Shown one piece after another: positions 1 to 10,664 of a stretch of DNA of 64,000 bases. The notes below the pieces were generated by a model, which saw nothing but the letters and a program-made list of their open reading frames with translations, ran no database searches and had not been told where the DNA came from. Position numbers and translations under genes: made by a program. Source of the stretch: Macrostomum hystrix (Eukaryota; Animalia; Platyhelminthes); the NCBI GenBank assembly GCA_950097015.1, contig CATNEN010000034.1, positions 868,001 through 932,000 of the forward strand, given 5' to 3'. Each line of letters starts with the position of its first letter. Positions within the stretch are counted from its first letter, which is position 1.

Positions 1-60
1 CAGTTGAAGATGTCAGGTTTGGCAGTTGAGGATGTCAGGGTTGGCAGTTGAGGATGTCAG
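1..60 (+). repeat. End of a 22-bp tandem array (cagttgaggatgtcagggttgg)
   Basis: About 2.5 copies visible at the window edge. Confidence 0.7.
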
Positions 61-73
61 TATAGACAATAGA

Positions 74-3000
74 CTAACCATTGGCGATCATCTCTCTTCG
101 TATGGCCTCGATTCTACGCCAGAACTGGCACTGACGCCTTCTGAGGTTGCTGGCCTTGGCATAGTTGACGCCTGTTTTGGTATCCAGCACAATGTGTGAG
201 CGGTTGTATCTCGTGTACTGCGGCCAAGTCATGAAGGCGTCCTTCACTAGCGGTGTGGCGACGTCGGCCTGGTTCGGGTTGCTATGGGAACGAAGGAGAT
301 GTAAGGTGTCTAATTGTAACGAATTGGTACGAATTTTTGTCATCAAATATTTGTAGCTCTATCGTATATCGTATTGAAACATTCAGGCCAATCTAATCAA
401 TAAAATATGCCAGGAACAATCGCTGTCTGTGTAGCATCTCCATTTCAAATCCCGGCTCACATCTTATCCCACCTTATTTTGTAAGATCCCTGTAGGAGCT
501 CTTCTCAGCTGCTTCTCGAGTGTCACCCACTTGTGTTTGCCTATCAAACGCAGGGTTTGCATTTCCGCTACTTACTCGTCTGCCAGAGACTTTGTGAGTG
601 CGGCGGGCATCCAGGTGTGCGATAGAGAACTGAAACTACCCGCGTTTCTTAGAATATTTACTCCACATCTAGGCACCGATTATACACCACAGAGAGCTGC
701 ATCTACTCAGCTATCCGGATGGGGCAGCTGGATCTACTCAGCTATCCAAATGAGGCAGCTAGATCTACTCAGCTTTCCGGATTGGGTAGCTAGATCTACT
801 CAGCTTTCCGGATTGGGTAGCTAGATCTACTCAGCTTTCTGGATTGGGCAGCTAGATCTACTCAGCTTTCCGGATTGGGTAGCTAGATCTACTCAGCTTT
901 CCGGATAAGGCAGCTAGATCTACTCAGCTTTCTGGATCGGGTAGCTAGATCTACTCAGCTTTCCGGATAAAGCAGCTAGATCTACTCAGCTTTCCGGATA
1001 AGGTAGCTAGATCTACTCAGCTTTCTGGATTGGGTAGCTAGATCTACTCAGCTTTCCGGATAAGGCAGCTAGATCTACTCAGCTTTCTGGATCGGGTAGC
1101 TAGATCTACTCAGCTTTCTGGATTGGGTAGCTAGATCTACTCAGCTTTCCGGATCGGGTAGCTAGATCTACTCAGCTTTCTGGATCGGGTAGCTAGATCT
1201 ACTCAGCTTTCTGGATTGGGTAGCTAGATCTACTCAGCTTTCTGGATTGGGTAGCTAGATCTACTCAGCTATCCGGATCGGGTAGCTAGACCTACTCAGC
1301 TTTCTGGATTGGGTAGCTAGATCTACTCAGCTTTCTGGATTGGGCAGCTAGATCTACTCAGCTTTCCGGATAAGGCAGCTAGATCTACTCAGCTTTCCGG
1401 ATAAGGCAGCTAGATCTACTCAGCTTTCCGGATTGGGCAGCTAGATCTACTCAGCTTTCTGGATCGGGTAGCTAGATCTACTCAGCTTTCCGGATAAAGC
1501 AGCTAGATCTACTCAGCTTTCTGGATTGGGCAGCTAGATCTACTCAGCTTTCTGGATTGGGCAGCTAGATCTACTCAGCTTTCTGGATTGGGCAGCTAGA
1601 TCTACTCAGCTTTCTGGATCGGGTAGCTAGATCTACTCAGCTTTCTGGATCGGGTAGCTAGATCTACTCAGCTTTCCGGATGGGGCAGCTGGATCTACTC
1701 AGCTTTCCGGATTGGGCAGCTAGATCTACTCAGCTTTCTGGATTGGGCAGCTAGATCTACTCAGCTTTCTGGATCGGGTAGCTAGATCTACTCAGCTTTC
1801 TGGATCGGGTAGCTAGATCTACTCAGCTTTCTGGATCGGGTAGCTAGATCTACTCAGCTTTCTGGATCGGGCAGCTAGATCTACTCAGCTTTCTGGATCG
1901 GGTAGCTAGATCTACTCAGCTTTCCGGATTGGGCAGCTAGATCTACTCAGCTTTCTGGATCGGGTAGCTAGATCTACTCAGCTTTCTGGATCGGGTAGCT
2001 AGATCTACTCAGCTTTCTGGATTGGGCAGCTAGATCTACTCAGCTTTCTGGATTGGGTAGCTAGATCTACTCAGCTTTCTGGATTGGGCAGCTAGATCTA
2101 CTCAGCTTTCTGGATAAAGCAGCTAGATCTACTCAGCTTTCTGGATCGGGTAGCTAGATCTACTCAGCTTTCTGGATCGGGCAGCTAGATCTACTCAGCT
2201 TTCCGGATAAAGCAGCTAGATCTACTCAGCTTTCTGGATCGGGTAGCTAGATCTACTCAGCTATCCGGATTGGGCAGCTAGATCTACTCAGCTTTCTGGA
2301 TTGGGCAGCTAGATCTACTCAGCTTTCCGGATAAGGCAGCTAGATCTACTCAGCTTTCCGGATTGGGCAGCTAGATCTACTCAACTTTCTGGATTGGGCA
2401 GCTAGATCTACTCAGCTTTCTGGATCGGGTAGCTAGATCTACTCAGCTTTCCTGATAAAGCAGCTAGATCTACTCAGCTTTCTGGATTGGGCAGCTAGAT
2501 CTACTCAGCTTTCTGGATAAAGCAGCTAGATCTACTCAGCTTTCTGGATCGGGTAGCTAGATCTACTCAGCTTTCCGGATAAGGCAGCTAGATCTACTCA
2601 GCTTTCTGGATCGGGCAGCTAGATCTACTCAGCTTTCTGGAACTGTTAGCTACCTAGATGCTAAATATAATTATATCAACTGATCGGCAAATGTCTCACC
2701 CAGTCTTTGCAAAGTTGGACCAGAATTGAATGACATCCTGGCTAAGCGTCCGTTCCAAATCATTGTAGGGATAGTAATTCTTTTGGAAGCTGTCATCGAA
2801 CGGCATGCCGAAGATATAGTCCAACTCGTAGCCGTGCATGGCTCCTGTCCATTCTGGCAGCGGCAGCTGCTCTGTCCTGTGGTCGAAGGTGTACACCCAC
2901 ACTCGGTGCAGTCGGTCTCGCTTACCCGCCAGCTTGTCAATGTAGTAATCGGCAAAGTCCATGACGGGACACTTGAAGCTGCGGTCACTCGTCAAATCGT

Positions 3001-6000
3001 CGAAAGCGTCCAGCACGTCTCTGCTAGTCCATCGCTCGAAGCCAAATCGTCTCGACGGGACCTGGTACTCGAATGCCACGGTGTCAACCAGCCGATTGTT
3101 GATGTTGTTGCTGTGAATGAAGTACCTTGCCACCAGGTCGTAGGGATCCTCCTCGAAGCGCTGCGTGCGTGAGTCTTCAGGTAGCATTGGCTGGCCCCAG
3201 TGCGCCGGCAGTGACCAGCTGTGGTTCTGCAGGAACAGCGAGGACAGCGCGTACATGATCCAGAACACGCCCTCGTCCTTCATCACGCCTGCGGGAGGGC
3301 GGAGCAAGTGTTCTAATACTATAAAGTGTTCTAACTGCACAATCTGATTCCATAGAGTGTTCTAACTGCACAATCTGATGCCATAGAGTGTTCTAACTGC
3401 ACAATCTGATTCCATAGAGTGTTCTAACTGCACAATCTGATTCCATAGAGTGTTCTAATAGCACAATCTGATTCCATAGAGTGTTCTAACTTCACAATCT
3501 GATTCCATAGAGTGTTCTAACTGCACAATCTGATGCCATAAAGTGTTCTAACTTCACAATCTGATTCCATAGAGTGTTCTAACTGCACAATCTGATGCCA
3601 TAGAGTGTTCTAACTGCACAATCTGATGCCATAGAGTGTTCTAACTGCACAATCTGATTCCATAGAGTGTTCTAACTGCACAATCTGATGCCATAAAGTG
3701 TTCTAACTGCACAATCTGATTCCATAGAGTGTTCTAACTGCACAATCTGATTCCATAGAGTGTTCTAACTGCACAATCTGATGCCATAGAGTGTTCTAAC
3801 TGCACAATCTGATTCCATAGAGTGTTCTAACTGCACAATCTGATTCCATAGAGTGTTCTAACTGCACAATCTGATGCCATAGAGTGTTCTAACTGCACAA
3901 TCTGATTCCATAGAGTGTTCTAACTGCACAATCTGATGCCATAGAGTGTTCTAACTGCACAATCTGATTCCATAGAATGTTCTAACTGCACAATCTGATT
4001 CCATAGAATGTTCTAACTGCACAATCTGATGCCATAGAGTGTTCTAACTGCACAATCTGACACTGTTGAGTTCCTTAGAACCTTCAGATGCTGCTGGTGC
4101 CGTTTTTGAAGGTTCTTTGCTTCAGAAACGGCACCAGCAGCATCAGCACACAGGGCGGACTATTTTCTCCCGTTATATTTGTACTTTTAATCCTTTTTTT
4201 AAACTCCGCGTTATCCAGAAATATCCCATCGTGTGTTAAATTGTCCCCAATGGGCAAAAAATCGATGACCAGAAAAACAGAAGACAGTTTTCGCAGAATT
4301 TCTAGTTGACAGAAGCCCTACAGGAAGGGATACGTCGCTGATTTTTTGCAACATTCGAAACTGTGGTGTGGCATTTAGAAGCGGCCTGACTGAGGTGTCT
4401 CCAGTCCTGCCTAAATTAATTTTCTACTTGACCCCTTTGTGTAGAAAAGTCAATTGGCGCAAATTCTGTTTTTCTCCTCTGTCGAAAAGCTAAATTTAGC
4501 AGGCACGCCTTCTAGCCAAGTTCTTTGCGGCCCTGGGGGCAAGTCTTGAAACTTTTCCAAGAAAGCGATCTTTTAAAAATTGTAAAAATTGTCTATCAGC
4601 TAGCGCCTTACTCTTCCGACAACTTATATTTCTTTGCATTCTCAAAAAAATTCATTGTCATTAAAAAGATAGTGACAACCTTCTGTAAGAGAGTGACAAT
4701 CTTCTGTAAGAGAGTGAAAATCTTCTGTAAGAGAGTGACAATCTTCTGTAAGAGAGTGACAACCTTCTGTAAGAGAGTGACAACCTCCAGTAAGAGAGTG
4801 ACAACCTCCAGTAAGAGAGTGACAACCTCCAGTAAGAGAGTGATAACCTCCAGTAAGAGAGTGACAACCTCCAGTAAGAGAGTGACAACCTCCAGTAAGA
4901 GAGTGATAACCTCCAGTAAGAGAGTGACAACCTCCAGTAAGAGAGTGACAATCTTCTGTAAGAGAGTGACAACCTTCTGTAAGAGAGTGACAACCTTCTG
5001 TAAGAGAGTGACAACCTCCAGTAAGAGAGTGACAATCTTCTGTAAGAGAGTGACAACCTTCTGTAAGAGAGTGACAACCTTCTGTAAGAGAGTGACAACC
5101 TCCAGTAAGAGAGTGGCAACCTTCTGTAAGAGAGTGACAACCTTCTGTAAGAGAGTGACAACCTCCAGTAAGAGAGTGACAACCTCCAGTAAGAGAGTGA
5201 CAACCTCCAGTAAGAGAGTGACAACCTCCAGTAAGAGAGTGATAATCTCCAGTAAGAGAGTGACAACCTCCAGTAAGAGAGTGACAATCTTCTGTAAGAG
5301 AGTGACAACCTTCTGTAAGAGAGTGACAACCTTCTGTAAGAGAGTGACAACCTCCAGTAAGAGAGTGACAACCTCCAGTAAGAGAGTGACAATCTTCTGT
5401 AAGAGAGTGGCAACCTTCTGTAAGAGAGTGACAACCTTCTGTAAGAGAGTGACAACCTCCAGTAAGAGAGTGACAACCTCCAGTAAGAGAGTGACAACCT
5501 CCAGTAAGAGAGTGACAACCTCCAGTAAGAGAGTGATAACCTCCAGTAAGAGAGTGACAACCTTCTGTAAGAGAGTGACAATCTTCTGTAAGAGAGTGAC
5601 AACCTTCTGTAAGAGAGTGACAACCTTCTGTAAGAGAGTGACAACCTCCAGTAAGAGAGTGACAACCTCCAGTAAGAGAGTGACAATCTTCTGTAAGAGA
5701 GTGGCAACCTTCTGTAAGAGAGTGACAACCTTCTGTAAGAGAGTGACAACCTTCTTTAAGAGAGTGACAACCTTCTGTAAGAGAGTGACAACCTTCTGTA
5801 AGAGAGTGACAACCTTCTGTAAGAGAGTGACAACCTTCTGTAAGAGAGTGACAACCTTCTGTAAGAGAGTGACAACCTTCTGTAAGAGAGTGACAATCTC
5901 CAGTAAAAGAGTGACACCCTCCCGACAACCTCATTTAAGACAGGCAATCTCAGCAGCCTCACCCAGCAACACGTCGGCCTTCTTATACATGTCCCTATCC

Positions 6001-7808
6001 ATGGCTGTGAAGTAGTCGTGCGGCAGGAAGTCAGTCCCGAACACGGGCCTGAATAGCAGGTCGAAGTACATGTAAGTGTCGGTGGTTCCCGGCTTGGCAT
6101 CGGCGCCCCTCCGGGTGCTGTTCCGGTAGCGGGCGTAGATGCTCATTCGCTGCATGCTGTCCAGCACGCTCTTGTCAGCGGCCTCCTGCAGGCTCCGGAT
6201 GTTGATGTGTCGCATGCACTCCACCACCCGGGCCTTGTTGTTCTCGTCATAGTAGCAGCCGACGAACTCGGCGAGCTGTTTGGCTCGCTGCTCGCCACGG
6301 GCTCGATTCTCGGAGGCCCACCAGGCCGTCGCAGTGGCGCTCTGCATGATCGCTCGCTGGAAATAAGTCTGCGAGTAGGGCGACAGCATGTGGAAGTTCA
6401 CGGAGACGGCTCCGGCCGACTCGCCGAAGAGAGTGACGCGGTCCGGGTCACCGCCGAAGTGGCTGGAAAGGATGGAGTATCGAGGCAGCTCTGAATTAGC
6501 TCATCAAATAGGTCATAGATCATACAATGGGTCATGGCTCATACAATAGATTATAGGTCATTCAACAGGTCATAGCTTATACAATAGGTCATAGGTCATC
6601 AAAAAGCTCATAGCTCATTCAATAGGTCAGAGGTCATAGCTCATCCAATAGGTCAATGCTCATTCAACAGGTCGAAGCTCATCGAATTGGTCATTCACAA
6701 AATTTGTCGTAGCTCATCCAACAGGTCATGCCTTATCCAATAGGTCACAGGTCATTGCTCATACAATAGGTCATATGTCATTGCTCATACTATAGGTTAT
6801 AGGTCATTGCTCATAAAATTGGTCAAAGCTCATCTAATTGGTCATAGCTCATATCGTTTAAAAAGAAAGCTTTCTAAATCTATAAAATGGCGTGGACTTC
6901 AAAGCGGAATATTGGCAACCAACCGTATGTTAGCCTTGACCCATTTCATAGCCATGAGCTGGTCAGTGAGTCCCATATTGCCTGGCGCTTCAGTGTCATG
7001 CAAGAACATGAACCCGAGCGGGCCAGTGCGGTACTGCATCGACACGACCACAACATCGCCTTTGGCGGCTAGGACAGCACCATCGTAGACGTCCAACGAG
7101 GCGGAGCCGGTAGAGAATGAGCCGCCGTAGATCCAGATCATCACGGCCAGGGGCCTGCCGGCTGTCTCTGCCGGGGTCCACACGTTCAGGTAAAGGCAGT
7201 CCTCAGACATCTCTGTGTTGTTCCACCACATGACGAAGGCTTTGTTCTGGAATCCGGTTTGGGCGTGAAGCTTTGTGTTGCTTTTAGGACAGGGGGAGGC
7301 GTCAATTCCAGCAGAGTTTCTAGCCCAGCTAATGTTGGTATTTCATCGTTTTCAATAAAGCCATACATACCGCAGTTTCAAATTCCCTGGGAAACATCGG
7401 ATGATAATAGCAGGTCTTCGGCTTAGTGAAGGCTCGAAACGGCCGCTCCGCGCTGCCAACTGGAGCGTCGAGAGGCTCGGCGCGTTGAAATCTCAGCCGG
7501 CCGACAGGGGGCTTGGCAAAGGGCACGCCCATGTAGTGCCAAACGGAGCGGCTGCTCACAATCCGCTTGTAGCCAAGCAGCACAGATCCGTCGTCTAGGA
7601 CGGCGCGTCGATTCTGGGCGCCGTTCGGTCCGACATCGTCGCCGATGCTGGCGCCGGCGCTGCTGCGCGCGGCGCCGCTGAATGCCATTGCCGAGCAGCC
7701 GGGCGATAGAAGCAATGAGAAGAGAAGCAACGGAAGCAGCACCGGCGTTTGGGATGATGTCCTTGATGAAGATAGGTCTGAAGATGCACTGGCGATGATG
7801 GCGGACAT
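74..7808 (-). CDS. ache: Acetylcholinesterase-like (cholinesterase family), spliced; exons 7808-7371, 7246-6924, 6462-5963, 3288-2700, 281-74 (685 aa if the stop at 74-76 is used; a further exon may lie left of the window)
   Basis: Motifs [23 protein letters not shown] (catalytic Ser), KDEG (Glu) and [13 protein letters not shown] (His), plus a hydrophobic signal-peptide-like N-terminus and C-terminal CQFW. All four introns are GT-AG with matching phases (0,2,1,2); exon sum 2058 nt = 686 codons. Confidence 0.93.
695..2640 (+). repeat. 31-bp minisatellite (agctagatctactcagctttccggattgggc), ~60 copies, AChE intron 4
   Basis: Direct inspection of the tandem units. Confidence 0.97.
3310..4060 (+). 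repeat. 31-bp minisatellite (gagtgttctaactgcacaatctgattccata), ~24 copies, AChE intron 3
   Basis: Direct inspection. Confidence 0.97.
4670..5915 (+). repeat. 21-bp minisatellite (gtaagagagtgacaaccttct), ~59 copies, AChE intron 3
   Basis: Direct inspection; explains ORFs 4525-6015, 4642-5934 and 4661-5749. Confidence 0.97.
6500..6850 (+). repeat. Degenerate AGGTCA-rich repeat in AChE intron 2
   Basis: Recurrent aataggtcatagctcat-like units. Confidence 0.75.
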
Positions 7809-7989
7809 TTTTCTGTCGTTGAACAGTCGATCATAGCCAGGGCTGTGGGACTGAGGGACAAGAGGGATTAATGTGGGAGGATTGACTAGATTGGTAAAAT
7901 CACAAGCATAATAACTTTCTGTACAGGGACTGAGGTCACAAGTCGAATAGGGTGGTGGGTGCGCGAAGAAAGGGAGGTGACACACTGAA

Positions 7990-9282
7990 TGGGGTGGTGG
8001 GGTTAAGGAGTGAGGCATCTAGTGGAATAACGGGGTGGTGGGGTCAAGGAGTGAGGCATCTAGTGGAATAACGGGGTGGTGGGGTCAAGGAGTGAGTCAT
8101 CTAGTGGAATAACGGGGTGGTGGGGTCAAGGAGTGAGGAGGCTAGTGGAATAACGGGGTGGTGGGGTCAAGGAGTGAGAAGGCTAGTGGAATAACGGGGT
8201 GGTGGGGTCAAGGAGTGAGGCATCTAGTGGAATAACGGGGTGGTGGGGTCAAGGAGTGAGGAGGCTAGTGGAATAACGGGGTGGTGGGGTCAAGGAGTGA
8301 GGCAGCTAGTGGAATAACGGGGTGGTGGGGTCAAGGAGTGAGAAGGCTAGTGGAATAACGGGGTGGTGGGGTCAAGGAGTGAGGAGGCTAGTGGAATAAC
8401 GGGGTGGTGGGGTCAAGGAGTGAGGAGGCTAGTGGAATAACGGGGTGGTGGGGTCAAGGAGTGAGGAGGCTAGTGGAATAACGGGGTGGTGGGGTCAAGG
8501 AGTGAGGAGGCTAGTGGAATAACGGGGTGGTGGGGTCAAGGAGTGAGGCATCTAGTGGAATAACGGGGTGGTGGGGTCAAGGAGTGAGGCAGCTAGTGGA
8601 ATAACGGGGTGGTGGGGTCAAGGAGTGAGGCATCTAGTGGAATAACGGGGTGGTGGGGTCAAGGAGTGAGTCATCTAGTGGAATAACGGGGTGGTGGGGT
8701 CAAGGAGTGAGGAGGCTAGTGGAATAACGGGGTGGTGGGGTCAAGGAGTGAGGAGGCTAGTGGAATAACGGGGTGGTGGGGTCAAGGAGTGAGTCATCTA
8801 GTGGAATAACGGGGTGGTGGGGTCAAGGAGTTAGTCATCTAGTGGAATAACGGGGTGGTGGGGTCAAGGAGTGAGGCAGCTAGTGGAATAACGGGGTGGT
8901 GGGGTCAAGGAGTGAGGAGGCTAGTGGAATAACGGGGTGGTGGGGTCAAGGAGTGAGTCATCTAGTGGAATAACGGGGTGGTGGGGTCAAGGAGTTAGTC
9001 ATCTAGTGGAATAACGGGGTGGTGGGGTCAAGGAGTGAGGCAGCTAGTGGAATAACGGGGTGGTGGGGTCAAGGAGTGAGAAGGCTAGTGGAATAACGGG
9101 GTGGTGGGGTCAAGGAGTGAGGAGGCTAGTGGAATAACGGGGTGGTGGGGTCAAGGAGTGAGGAGGCTAGTGGAATAACGGGGTGGTGGGGTCAAGGAGT
9201 GAGGAGGCTAGTGGAATAACGGGGTGGTGGGGTCAAGGAGTGAGGAGGCTAGTGGAATAACGGGGTGGTGGGGTCAAGGAGT
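7990..9282 (+). repeat. 41-bp G-rich minisatellite (gtggaataacggggtggtggggtcaaggagtgaggaggcta), ~31 copies
   Basis: Direct inspection; period 41 checked (8060 to 8101). Confidence 0.97.
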
Positions 9283-9834
9283 GCCTTTTCTACATACTCG
9301 TAGATTAGGTTCATCGCTATTTCGATTTACGTGGAGCTACAGTAAGAATTAAATTGAAACATTTTAGATTAAAAAAGTGGTTTCTTCTTCAATCAGGTTT
9401 GTCGTTACAGAGTGTTGCCTTTCAATCAGTGTAGCTTATCTTTTCGTGCGAGGACAAACAAGGTCAACTCTGCGTGGGCGGCAGAAGAGGTCGAGTAGTA
9501 GAATTGGGATTTCGAATGGGATGAGCGGACTAACTAGATGCGCATTCCGCGGAATTATCGGATAAAAAAGCTGATTCGAAAGAGAAAAAATGCACATTTT
9601 TGCGAAATAAATTAGAAGCAGAGGCGCGTGCCCAACAGCGGACGCCACTGGTCCTGGCCACTCGCTAATCTGCTGCTAGCCAAGCCTGACGGATGCACCC
9701 AGCAACCAGAATCTGGAGACTGATGGGATGAAGGACAGAAAACTGTCGGAAAAGATATGCTTCTTCATTTGTTCCGATTTCTTATTGGCATATGAGGAGC
9801 ATTATGATTAAATATATTATTGATTAAAAATAAT

Positions 9835-10165
9835 CATTGATTACACCTGCCCCAATCGGGCCAGATGTGCAGCCGGCAGCACAGCTGCAGTTATTGCGCG
9901 GCGCATCCGAACACTGCGTACGGCTGTTCAGTCCATGGACTGGGGGGACGCCACATCCACCCTCAATTTCCCCACCTGAATGCTGGTACACATTTAACAG
10001 CTGGGTGAACTGAAGCAATGTGGAATTAAGTGTCTTGCTAAAGGACACTTAGGACAGGGGGAAACTAAAGGACACTTCCCGACAAATTGTTCCAGTGGAG
10101 TCGGGAATCGAACCCCGACCTTCAAGTCGTGAGTCCGACGCACTAACCACTAGGCTACAACCCCC
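9835..10165 (-). mobile_element. tRNA-derived SINE family 1, copy 1 (CORE-like middle domain)
   Basis: The minus strand begins gggttgtagcctagtggttagtgcg (A-box), then ggttcgattcccg (B-box), then tgtcctttagcaagacacttaattccacattgcttcagttcacccagctgttaaatg, which resembles the MIR/CORE domain. Homologous copies at 20.8 and 40.4 kb. Confidence 0.85.
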
Positions 10166-10664
10166 TTTAGGAATGAGGAATAAAACTGAATTCAAACTTA
10201 CGTTAAATAAATAAACATGCAAACGAGAATTGTTGTGTATAGTATAAATTAAAATAACTGAAATATTCATTCTATGTGACAGACAGACTTACATAAGTCA
10301 TAGGACTTCCTCATCTGCCGCACACCACAGTTCCTTCCTGACTGTCCGAATCCGTGGTCAGGGTTGACCACCTTGAACGCTGCGATTGTCGCGTTGAGCT
10401 TTGAAAGTTACTCAAGCCTGCCTCCCCAATAGTTCGCCAGCAGCTCTAACTTCGCCTCTTTAAAAAAACCAATGTATGAGGAAGGAAAGACTGAACTCAA
10501 TTTGAGCGACGATCATTGGCTAACAGCACTTCAGCCAATCAGATAAAGCCAAGATTCGCAACTGCTCCGCAACAGTAAAATCTGTGCTACATGCCAGTTC
10601 TGCGTTTGAAATTGTAACAAGCCTTTCATAGTTTGTTGTTTTAGCTTTCGAAACTAGAACTTTA

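Noticed and set aside
4525-6015. Long ORFs (496, 430, 362 aa) as proteins
   Set aside because: They are translations of a 21-bp minisatellite inside AChE intron 3, open in several frames.
10080-10165. tRNA gene
   Set aside because: The tRNA-like head continues into a conserved SINE body found three times; no complete cloverleaf.
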